From contig NZ_DASUSQ010000037.1 in the NCBI RefSeq assembly GCF_036375055.1, positions 369 through 64,368 of the forward strand: a DNA stretch of 64,000 bases. The letters run 5' to 3'. The notes under the pieces are model-generated. The model worked only from the letters and a program-made list of their open reading frames with translations, had not been told where the DNA came from and did no database searches. Source of the stretch: Umezawaea sp. (lineage in GTDB: Bacteria; Actinomycetota; Actinomycetes; Mycobacteriales; Pseudonocardiaceae). This document shows positions 56,529 through 64,000 of the stretch, piece by piece. The position numbers and the translations under genes are program-made. Numbering within the stretch: position 1 is the stretch's first letter; each line of letters opens with the position of its first letter.

Positions 56529-57671
56529 ATGGTGTCCACCGTGGACTACGAACTTTCGGGAAGTGCGCAGGTCACTTCGCTTGAGGAGCTGGTCGGCGGG
56601 TGGCGGTCCGAACGGCCGGACCTCGTCCTGCACGACGCGGGCGGCCCCGCCGAGTGCTTGGTCCGTTCGGGCGAACTCGTGGTCTTCCCGGACGAACTGC
56701 CACGCGTGGTGGACCGGATCGGCCGCTGGATCGACCGGGTCGACGAGGCCGCGGGCCTGGGCGTGGTGCGCGTCCGGCTGCGCCCCGCCGAGCGCGGCCA
56801 GTGCGTCCGGATCGCGCGGGACCACGGCTGCGCGCCCAACAACGTCCACGTCGGCAGCCCGATCATGATCGGCACCGCCCGGCCGGTGCCGGTCGGGGCG
56901 GAGCCGCCGAGGCCGCCGCGCCACGAGCGCTGGGACGTCACCGCCGCCGTCCTGGACACCGGTCTCGACCCGCACCCGTGGTTCGCGGGCAGGCGCTGGT
57001 TCTTCGAGTGGGGTCACTCGCCGGAGGTGCTCGACGCCGACGGTCGCGCGGGCCAGGACCGCCAGGCCGGGCACGGCACGTTCGTCGCGGGTGTTCTCCT
57101 CCAGCACGCGCCCGGCGTCGTCGTCCGCCACCACCGCGTGCTCTCCTCGCTCGGCCTGACCGACGACGTCACCGTCGCCACCGGCCTCCGGCGGCTCCGC
57201 GCGCAGGCCGCTGAGCACGGGGAACGCCTGCACGTCGTCGTGCTCACGGCGGGCTGCCACACGGCCGGTGACGAGTGCCCGCCGCTGCTGCGCAGCGAGA
57301 TCAGCGCGTTCCCCGACGTCGCCGTCGTGGCTGCGGCGGGCAACGGCGGCACGTCCCGCCCCCACTGGCCCGCCGCGCTGCCGGACGTGCTCGCCGTGGG
57401 CGCGGACGCCTCCTTCTCCAACCGAGGGCCGTGGGTCGACGCCGTCGCGCCCGGCGTGGACGTGGTCAGCAGCCACGTGCGGCTGCGGCCGGGGCGCGGG
57501 GCGCCCGAGGGCACGGAGACCAGGGAGTACGGGTTCGCGAGGTGGAGCGGCACGTCGTTCGCGGCACCGCGCGTCGCGGCCCGCGTGGCGTGCCTGGTCC
57601 GCGACGGTCGGACCCCGCGCGAGGCCGCTGCCGTGGCGGCCGAGGAGTTCAGCCCGGCCCGGAGCAGCTGA
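56529..57671 (+). CDS. S8-family (subtilisin-like) serine peptidase, apparently without signal peptide
   Basis: Catalytic triad contexts DTGLD, HGTFVAG, SGTSFAAP. Start MVSTVDYELSG at 56529. Confidence 0.85.
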   Translation: MVSTVDYELSGSAQVTSLEELVGGWRSERPDLVLHDAGGPAECLVRSGELVVFPDELPRVVDRIGRWIDRVDEAAGLGVVRVRLRPAERGQCVRIARDHGCAPNNVHVGSPIMIGTARPVPVGAEPPRPPRHERWDVTAAVLDTGLDPHPWFAGRRWFFEWGHSPEVLDADGRAGQDRQAGHGTFVAGVLLQHAPGVVVRHHRVLSSLGLTDDVTVATGLRRLRAQAAEHGERLHVVVLTAGCHTAGDECPPLLRSEISAFPDVAVVAAAGNGGTSRPHWPAALPDVLAVGADASFSNRGPWVDAVAPGVDVVSSHVRLRPGRGAPEGTETREYGFARWSGTSFAAPRVAARVACLVRDGRTPREAAAVAAEEFSPARSS

Positions 57672-59719
57672 ACGAGCGGTCGTCGTGGAGCAGTCGGGCC
57701 TCGGCCAGCGCGGTGGCCGGGTCGAGGCCCGCGCGGAGTCCGGCGTGGACGGTCGTCATGAACGCGGGGGTGCGGTCGTCCGGGACGGCCAGGGTGCTGG
57801 CGATGACGGCTCCGGCGCCGCGGTCGAGGAACGCGGTGGCGAGGCCGGAGTCGCACGAGGACAGGACGACGATCCCCGGTGGACGCCGAAGCCTGGCCAG
57901 GTCGTGGATGTGCAAGTCGCCGTCCGCGAGTTGCAGCGAGGAGAACAATCCTCGCGCCCGGCCGTGCGCGGCGACGTGGACGACGTCGACGCCGTCCATC
58001 GCCCGCAGCGCGGCGTCCACCGTGGCCGATCGGCCGGTGAGCAGCGTGCCGCCGTGGGCGCGGTGCAGGGTGGACACCTCCTCGGTCGCGTGGGTCAGCT
58101 CCGGGCCCGCGATCCACGCACCCGTGCGCGGTGGGGCGCCCGACCTCGCCGGAGCGCCGTCCAGGGAGAACGGGCGGCCCCGGTAGGACGGGAGGGCGGC
58201 CCACGGGAGGCCAGCCGGTGAGCCGGTGATGGTGATCGGCCCGTCGCCGGTCGGGGGCAGGAGGGCGTCGAGCGCGGCGGCGGCCAGCTCCGCCGCGGTG
58301 TCGCGACCGGACTCCAGCGCCAGGCGGAGGGCGCTGGTGCGGTGGTCGAGCGGCGCCAGCCGGTGGAGGCGGGCGCGGCCTGCGACCACCGTGACGGCGT
58401 GCAGGACGCCGTCGTGCTCGGTGAAGGCCAGCCGGGTGGTGCGCGCGGCGGGTCTGGGCGGGGTCGGGCGGGTGGTCAGCGCTCGCCTGCGGATCTCCCG
58501 CTCCAGAGCGACCACGCGGTCGTGGTCGGCCCTCGCCCTGGCCAGCCTGAGTTCGGCGGAGTGCTCCGTGGTGGGGGCGACGGGTGCGACCCGGCGCGTC
58601 CAGCGGAGCACGGACCTGGCGTCGCCGCCCATCAGGGCGTGGCGCAGGGCGATGTCCCGGAGTTCGGTGCCCGGCCAGGTGGTCGGGTCGACGAGGGCGA
58701 GGCCCGCCCGGCACGCCGTGGCGGCCTCCCGGCGGGTGGAGGCTCGACGGGCGGTGTCGAGCAGGCCGAGCGCCCGCAGCCGGGCGGTGCCGCGCCGGAC
58801 GTCGAGCGGGAGGCCCGCGGCGAGGCGGAGTTCGGCGGCGTCCTCGTGCCTGCCCCGGCGGTCGCACTCGGTGGCCGTGCGCCGGACCGCCGGGCGTTCG
58901 CCCGCCGCCAGCCGCGCCCGCAGCGACACCGACCTGGCCACCCAGCCGCCCACCTGGTCGGCCAGCACCCGAGCCTGCCGGAGGTCGCCGTCCGCCAACG
59001 CGCACCGGGCCGCGAGCAGGACCGCGTCCGGGAGCCGGGAACCCCGGTCGCACCGGTCCAGCAGGCTGATCGCCGGGGTGAGCACGGATCTCGCCTCGCG
59101 CACCAGGCCCGCGGCCAGCAGCGCCTCGGCGCGGTCGATCAGCGCTTCCGGGCGGTGCGCGACCGTGAGCCCGTCGTGCGCCGCCTGCTCGTAGTGGCGC
59201 AGCGCGGTGGGCAGGTCGCCTGCCACCATCGCCACGAAACCCCTGTTGTGCAGGCACATCGCGGCCCGGTCCGGTTCGCCGATGGCGAGCAGCGTTCTCC
59301 GGGCGGCGGTGAAGTCGGCGTCCGCCTCCGCGAGCCGGAGGGAGTGGGCGCGGGCGATGCCGCGGCCCACCAGGGCGTTGGCGAGCCACCGGGGGTCGTC
59401 GTGGCGCTTCAGGTCGCGGATGACCCCGGTGAGGTGCGCGGCGGCCAACCCCGGATCGGCGGTCTGGCAGAGGTGCAGTCCCTGGAGGCAGCGCGCGCGG
59501 GCCAGGTCGTTGCCGCGGAGGTGGGGGAACGCCCTGGTGAGGTGGCTCGTGCTGGCCTTCGGCCTGCCCCGGTCCAGTTCGATCCAGGCCAGGGTGAGGT
59601 GGAACCGGGCCCGCTCGTGGTCGGTGGTCGCTCGCCGCAGGCCTTCGCGGGCCAGTGCTCGCGCTCGGGGGAGGTGGCCGCGTTCCACCTCCTCCAGGCA
59701 CTCGGCGTGGAGGGTCACT
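57649..59719 (-). CDS. TPR-repeat + CHAT-domain (caspase-like) protein
   Basis: N-terminal TPR-like helical repeats. C-terminal CHAT His/Cys dyad contexts (VDVVHVAAHGRA … GIVVLSSCDSG). GTG start overlaps the stop of the anti-sigma-like gene. 3' end overlaps the S8 gene by ~23 nt. Confidence 0.75.
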
Positions 59720-60164
59720 GGACGAACCAGCCGGTGCTGAGGTCCGGCAGGCCGGGTTGGCTGATCACGAACCGGAGCGGACCGGTGGGGAGCAGGTCGG
59801 CCTGGAACCAGCCGACGTCGTCGATGTCGCCCGCGGTTCCGCCGTGCGGCCACGTCACGTGGACCGTGCCTCCCCGCGGTGGGTGGACCAGGCCCAGCGC
59901 TCGGACGCCGCGGTCGTCGACGGTGTCCAGGCGGAGGTCCACGGTGGTGCCGTCCCCTTCGTGGCCGAGGTGGAGGGTGCGGGACGGTCCGGCGCCGCGG
60001 GTGTTCGGCGGGGTCGCCACGGCGGAGTCGGCGAGCCAGGTGAGCGGCACGAGGTCGGCGGGAGGTCGGAACAGCGCGGCCTCGGCGAGGTGGGGCGGGA
60101 CCGGGTCCACCTGGTCCAGGACGGCCGCCAGGGCGTCCAGCAGGTCGCGGTCGGTGCTCACACG
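59715..60164 (-). CDS. hypothetical protein (anti-sigma-factor-like position, no TM)
   Basis: VSTDRDLLDALAAVLDQVDPVPPHLAEAALFRPP…. Translationally coupled both to the ECF sigma gene (4-nt overlap) and to the CHAT gene. Confidence 0.5.
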   Translation of the reverse strand, partial: RVSTDRDLLDALAAVLDQVDPVPPHLAEAALFRPPADLVPLTWLADSAVATPPNTRGAGPSRTLHLGHEGDGTTVDLRLDTVDDRGVRALGLVHPPRGGTVHVTWPHGGTAGDIDDVGWFQADLLPTGPLRFVISQPGLPDLSTGWFVQ

Positions 60165-60706
60165 CCCACCTCCGCGCCGACGCGGCGGCGCAGGACGGCG
60201 AGGCAGCGGCTGCGGGTCGAGCCCAGGCTGTTGACGGGCATCCCCAGCGCCTCGGCCACGTCCTGGTAGGTCAGGTCGGGTGCGTAGGCGATCAGGCGGA
60301 GGATGTCGCGGCACTGGTCGGTGAGGCCCGAGAACGCGCGCCACAGCTTCACCGCCTGCTCGTCGGCCAGGACGAGCTCCTCGGGGCTGGGGAAGTCCGG
60401 TTCCGGCGGGCCCCAGAGGTCCACCGGGAGTTCCCGGCCCCGGACCTTGCGGACGCGCAGCGCCTCGTGCCTGGCGGTGGTGATCAGCCAGCCGGAGAGC
60501 TTCGCGGGCGTGCGGATGTGGTGGAGGTTCTCGGCCAGGGCGAGCCACGTGTACTGGCAGACGTCGGCGGCGTCGGCGTCGCGGAGGCCCGCGGACCTGG
60601 CGGTGGACCAGAGGAGGGGGAGGTGGCGGCCGACTATCTCCCGCCAGGCGGATTCGTCGTGGAGCTTGGCTCGGGACACCAGTTCGGCGTTCGTCAGGTC
60701 GTGCAT
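60158..60706 (-). CDS. ECF-subfamily RNA polymerase sigma-70 factor
   Basis: Region 2 (…DVCQYTWLALAENLH…) and region 4 HTH (…TYQDVAEALGMPVNSLGSTRSRCLAVLRRR…). Confidence 0.85.
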   Translation of the reverse strand: MHDLTNAELVSRAKLHDESAWREIVGRHLPLLWSTARSAGLRDADAADVCQYTWLALAENLHHIRTPAKLSGWLITTARHEALRVRKVRGRELPVDLWGPPEPDFPSPEELVLADEQAVKLWRAFSGLTDQCRDILRLIAYAPDLTYQDVAEALGMPVNSLGSTRSRCLAVLRRRVGAEVGV

Positions 60707-60938
60707 GGCGGGTTGGAAGACCGATGGTCCAGTTCGGCTCCGATACTCGCTCGATCGTGTGGTGTTTTTGTGGGGCTGGGTGGCTGAGTTGGTGGGTGGG
60801 TGGCGGGGGGAGTCTGGGTGTCGCCCTGGTTGCGTGCTTCCGGTCAGGTGGTGGCGGGGTGCTCGCTTCCGCTCGGGTGGTGGCGGGGTGCTCGCCTTCC
60901 GGTCGGCTGAAGGGCTTGGTGCTGCTGGTGGTGGTTCG

Positions 60939-62111
60939 CTAGTTGGTCAGTTTGTGCAGGCGGCGCAGTGCCTCGTCCAGGACCTCGTCCTTCTTGCAGA
61001 ACGCGAACCTGACCAGGTGTTGCCACTGCTCCGGGTGGTCGGTGAAGACCTGCACCGGCACCCCGGCCACGCCGATGCGTTCCGGTAGGGCGCGGCAGAG
61101 TTCGGCGCCGTCGGTGAAGCCGAGCGGGCGGACGTCGGCGGTGATGAAGTAGGTGCCCTCGCTCGGGCGGACCGCGAAGCCCGCTTCCGCCAAGCCCTCG
61201 GAGAGGCGGGAGCGCTTGGCCGCCAGGTCGGTGCGGAGGGTTTCCACCCAGGGCATCTCGTGCCGCAGGGCGTGGGCGACGGCTGGTTGGAACGGGGCCC
61301 CGCCCACGAAGGTGATGAACTGCTTCGCGGCGCGGACGGCCGCCACCAGTTCCGGGGTCGAGCAGACCCAGCCGATCTTCCAGCCGGTGCAGTTGAACGT
61401 CTTGCCCGCGCTGGAGATGGTCACGGTGCGGTCCGCCATGCCCGGCAGGGTGGCCAGCGGGACGTGCTCGTGGGTGTCGAAGACCAGGTGCTCGTAGACC
61501 TCGTCGGTGATGGCCAGCAGGTCGTGCTCCACGCAGAGGGCGGCCACCTCCTGGAGTTCCGCCCTGGTGAAGACCGTGCCGGTCGGGTTGTGGGGTGTGT
61601 TGACGAGCACAGCCCTGGTCTTCGGGCCGATCGCCTCGCGCAGGCCCGCGACGTCCAGGCCGAAGCGGCCGGTCAGCGGGTCCTCGATCAGGCCGACGGT
61701 GCGCCTGGTGGCACCCGCCAGCGCGACCGAGGCGGCGTAGGAGTCGTAGTACGGCTCGAACAGGACCACCTCGTCACCCGGCTCCACCAGTGCCAGGAGG
61801 GTGGCCGCGATGGCCTCGGTCGCACCCACCGTGACCAGCACTTCCGTGTCCGGGTCGTAGGTGGTCCCGTACCGGGTGCGGTGCTCGGCGACGGCCTGCC
61901 GCAGCGCCGGTGTGCCGGGGCCGGGCGGGTACTGGTTGAGGCCGCCGTCGATCGCCGCCTTGGCCGCTTCGAGCATGCCCACCGGGCCGTCGGTGTCCGG
62001 GAAACCCTGGCCCAGGTTCACCGCACCGGTTCGTTGGGCCAGGGCCGTCATCTCCGCGAAGATCGTCGAGGTGAACGGCCGCAATCTGGGGACTAGCGCT
62101 GGTACCCGCAC
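60939..62111 (-). CDS. PLP-dependent aminotransferase (class I; DapC/MetC-like)
   Basis: …LGQGFPD…, …VLVNTPHNPTGTVF…, PLP lysine TISSAGKTFNCTGWKIGW. Confidence 0.85.
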   Translation of the reverse strand: MRVPALVPRLRPFTSTIFAEMTALAQRTGAVNLGQGFPDTDGPVGMLEAAKAAIDGGLNQYPPGPGTPALRQAVAEHRTRYGTTYDPDTEVLVTVGATEAIAATLLALVEPGDEVVLFEPYYDSYAASVALAGATRRTVGLIEDPLTGRFGLDVAGLREAIGPKTRAVLVNTPHNPTGTVFTRAELQEVAALCVEHDLLAITDEVYEHLVFDTHEHVPLATLPGMADRTVTISSAGKTFNCTGWKIGWVCSTPELVAAVRAAKQFITFVGGAPFQPAVAHALRHEMPWVETLRTDLAAKRSRLSEGLAEAGFAVRPSEGTYFITADVRPLGFTDGAELCRALPERIGVAGVPVQVFTDHPEQWQHLVRFAFCKKDEVLDEALRRLHKLTN

Positions 62112-62140
62112 AACGTCGAATCTTCACGGACAATGGTGCG

Positions 62141-63394
62141 GTGGAGCAACTGACGGCAGCCGACCAGGTCAAGCGGCGAGACCTGCGCAGGATGAAACTC
62201 GTCGCCACGGGGTTCTTCGTCGCGGCGACGGTGGTGTTCCTCGTCGCGCTGTTCCTGGAGGGCGACGGGGACGCGTGGAGCTACGTGCGCGCCGCCGCCG
62301 AGGCGGGCATGGTGGGCGCGCTGGCCGACTGGTTCGCGGTGACGGCGCTGTTCCGGAGGCCGCTGGGGCTCCCGATCCCGCACACGGCGATCATCCCGAC
62401 CCGCAAGGACACGTTCGGCGACGCGCTCGGCGACTTCGTCGGCACGAACTTCCTGGCCGAGGACGTGGTGCGCGACAAGCTGCGTCGGGTCGACATCAGC
62501 AGGCGGGTCGGGACGTGGCTGGTGCAGCCGGTCAACGCCGAGCGGGTCACGTCCGAGCTGGCGAACGTCGTCAAGGGCGCCGTGACCGTGCTGCGCGACG
62601 AGGACGTGCAGGCGGTGATCGACCAGGGGATCGTGCGGCGGCTGGTCGACAAGCCGTGGGGGCCGCCGCTGGGCAAGCTGCTCGGGCAGGTGCTGACCGA
62701 CGGGGCGCACCACAGGTTCGTCGACCTGGTGATCGACCGGACCTACGACTGGGTGCACGACAACCACGACAAGGTCGTGCAGGTCGTGGCCGAGCGGGCG
62801 CCGACGTGGTCGCCGAAGTTCGTCGACTCGCTGCTGGGCGACAAGGCGTACACGGAGCTGCTGAACTTCGCCTGGGCCGTGAAGACCGACCTCAACCACC
62901 CGATGCGGCTGGCGCTCGACCAGTTCATGATCGAGTTCGCGCACGACCTCCAGCACGACCCGGCGACGATGGAGCGGGCCGAGCTGGTCAAGAACCAGCT
63001 CGTCGAGCACCCGGACGTGCAGCACTTCATCGGGTCCGCGTGGGGCGCGGCGAAGAAGATGCTGCTCGACGCCGCCGAGGACCCGTCCAGCGAGCTGCGC
63101 AGACGAGTGCGTGAAGGCCTGGAGTCGTTCGGGCGGCGGCTCTCGGACGACGACGCCATGCGCGAGAAGGTCGACGGCTGGCTGGAGGGCGCGGCGGCGT
63201 ACGTCGTGTCGAACTACCGGGCCGAGATCACCACCCTGATCACCGACACGGTCGAGCGGTGGGACGCCGTGGAGACCTCGCGCAAGATCGAGTTGCAGGT
63301 CGGCCGCGATCTCCAGTTCATCCGCATCAACGGCACCGTCGTCGGCGCCCTGGCAGGCCTGGTGATCTACACCGTCGGCCAGCTCGTCACCTAG
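62141..63394 (+). CDS. DUF445-family membrane protein
   Basis: …GALADWFAVTALFRRPLGLPIPHTAIIPTRKDTFGDALGDFV… typical DUF445. Confidence 0.75.
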   Translation: MEQLTAADQVKRRDLRRMKLVATGFFVAATVVFLVALFLEGDGDAWSYVRAAAEAGMVGALADWFAVTALFRRPLGLPIPHTAIIPTRKDTFGDALGDFVGTNFLAEDVVRDKLRRVDISRRVGTWLVQPVNAERVTSELANVVKGAVTVLRDEDVQAVIDQGIVRRLVDKPWGPPLGKLLGQVLTDGAHHRFVDLVIDRTYDWVHDNHDKVVQVVAERAPTWSPKFVDSLLGDKAYTELLNFAWAVKTDLNHPMRLALDQFMIEFAHDLQHDPATMERAELVKNQLVEHPDVQHFIGSAWGAAKKMLLDAAEDPSSELRRRVREGLESFGRRLSDDDAMREKVDGWLEGAAAYVVSNYRAEITTLITDTVERWDAVETSRKIELQVGRDLQFIRINGTVVGALAGLVIYTVGQLVT

Positions 63395-63921
63395 GAGGCG
63401 CTCAGGGCTCTGGTGCGCTCGCGCCAGAGCCTCGCCTTCTCGCGGTTCCCGCACACCTGCATCGAGCACCACGTCCGGGAGCGGTTGCGGGATCGGTCGA
63501 AGAACGCGGCTTGGCAGCTCTCCGCCTGGCACACCTTCAACCGTTCCCACGACCCCAGCAGGGCGACCCGCGCCGCCGCCGCGAGCACGGCGCCGAGCGC
63601 GTCCGTGGTCGCGATCATCGGCACGCCCTGGCTCAGCTCGATCCGGACGGTGCCGGAGAACGGCTTCGCCGCGGCGCGCTCACCGAGGGCGGACCGGAGC
63701 GCCACGCGGGCCGAACGGACCTTCGCGAGGTCGTCCACGTGGCCCAGTCCTCTTTCGGTGACCCACGCCCGCCACGAGGCCGCGTCGTCCAACACGTCGG
63801 TGCCGAGTTCGAGGTCTCGGGTGTTGAGGAAGGCGAGCAGCAGTTCGACATCGTGTTCCGCATCGCCGGCTCGATCGTGCGCGAAGCTCGCGTGATCCCA
63901 GCCGGCTGCCAGACCAGTCAC
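63391..63921 (-). CDS. CGNR zinc-finger (ABATE domain) protein
   Basis: C-terminal …CQAESCQAAFFDRSRNRSRTWCSMQVCGNREKARLWRER (CGNR motif). Confidence 0.85.
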   Translation of the reverse strand: MTGLAAGWDHASFAHDRAGDAEHDVELLLAFLNTRDLELGTDVLDDAASWRAWVTERGLGHVDDLAKVRSARVALRSALGERAAAKPFSGTVRIELSQGVPMIATTDALGAVLAAAARVALLGSWERLKVCQAESCQAAFFDRSRNRSRTWCSMQVCGNREKARLWRERTRALSAS

Positions 63922-64000
63922 CTCTCCACTGTAGCCGGCAACCCGGCCGTGAGGGGCCCATCCACCCGACCCAACCTGTCTTCCAGGGGTATGAACCGTG

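Noticed and set aside
60840-60905. CRISPR-like repeat
   Set aside because: Only two copies of a ~30-nt direct repeat with no spacer periodicity and no cas genes. Treated as a promoter-region tandem repeat instead.

Overview
High-GC (about 72%) actinobacterial chromosome segment, Pseudonocardiaceae or Corynebacteriales-like, densely coding on both strands. Every call below rests on motif recognition in the supplied six-frame translations; no database search was run. A conserved core, roughly 6.3-17.1 kb plus 20.5-24.4 kb, matches the gene order of the Mycobacterium tuberculosis Rv0813c-Rv0822c neighbourhood. In order it carries a nitrobindin/FABP-like gene, sseC-like DUF1416, rhodanese, DUF4395, a thioredoxin-like gene, an LmeA-like gene, glnR, mshD, a complete pstSCAB operon, phoU/phoY and an LCP-family gene. 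Elsewhere the window holds pxpB-pxpC (5-oxoprolinase subunits), an ABC-2 exporter, a copZ-copA copper efflux pair with an upstream CsoR-type operator, and cspA with a long 5' UTR. It also holds four tRNAs (Lys-TTT on the minus strand; Glu-TTC, Asp-GTC and Phe-GAA clustered on the plus strand), a MocR/YczE divergent pair, a GH18 chitinase (partial, with a frame break) and an L,D-transpeptidase. Accessory, less ordinary content: (i) a type VII secretion substrate-like island (small helical protein with C-terminal YxxxD, DUF3558-like lipoprotein, PPE/WXG-like protein with a long Gly-rich tail, EspG-like chaperone) inserted between pstB and phoU. (ii) An NfeD-like membrane protein, a flotillin and a 1623-aa AAA_5-type ATPase in one operon. 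(iii) A second T7SS-flavoured trio (YbaB/EbfC-like, WXG100-like, membrane protein with an N-terminal WPEGDE/WXG-like domain). (iv) An ECF sigma, anti-sigma-like protein and TPR-CHAT protease operon overlapping a convergent S8 peptidase. (v) A protein made of seven 17-aa repeats. (vi) An LCP protein with about 20 PTGRRAAP repeats. No CRISPR array, integrase or transposase was found. Coordinates of manually derived starts and motifs may be off by +/-1-3 nt.
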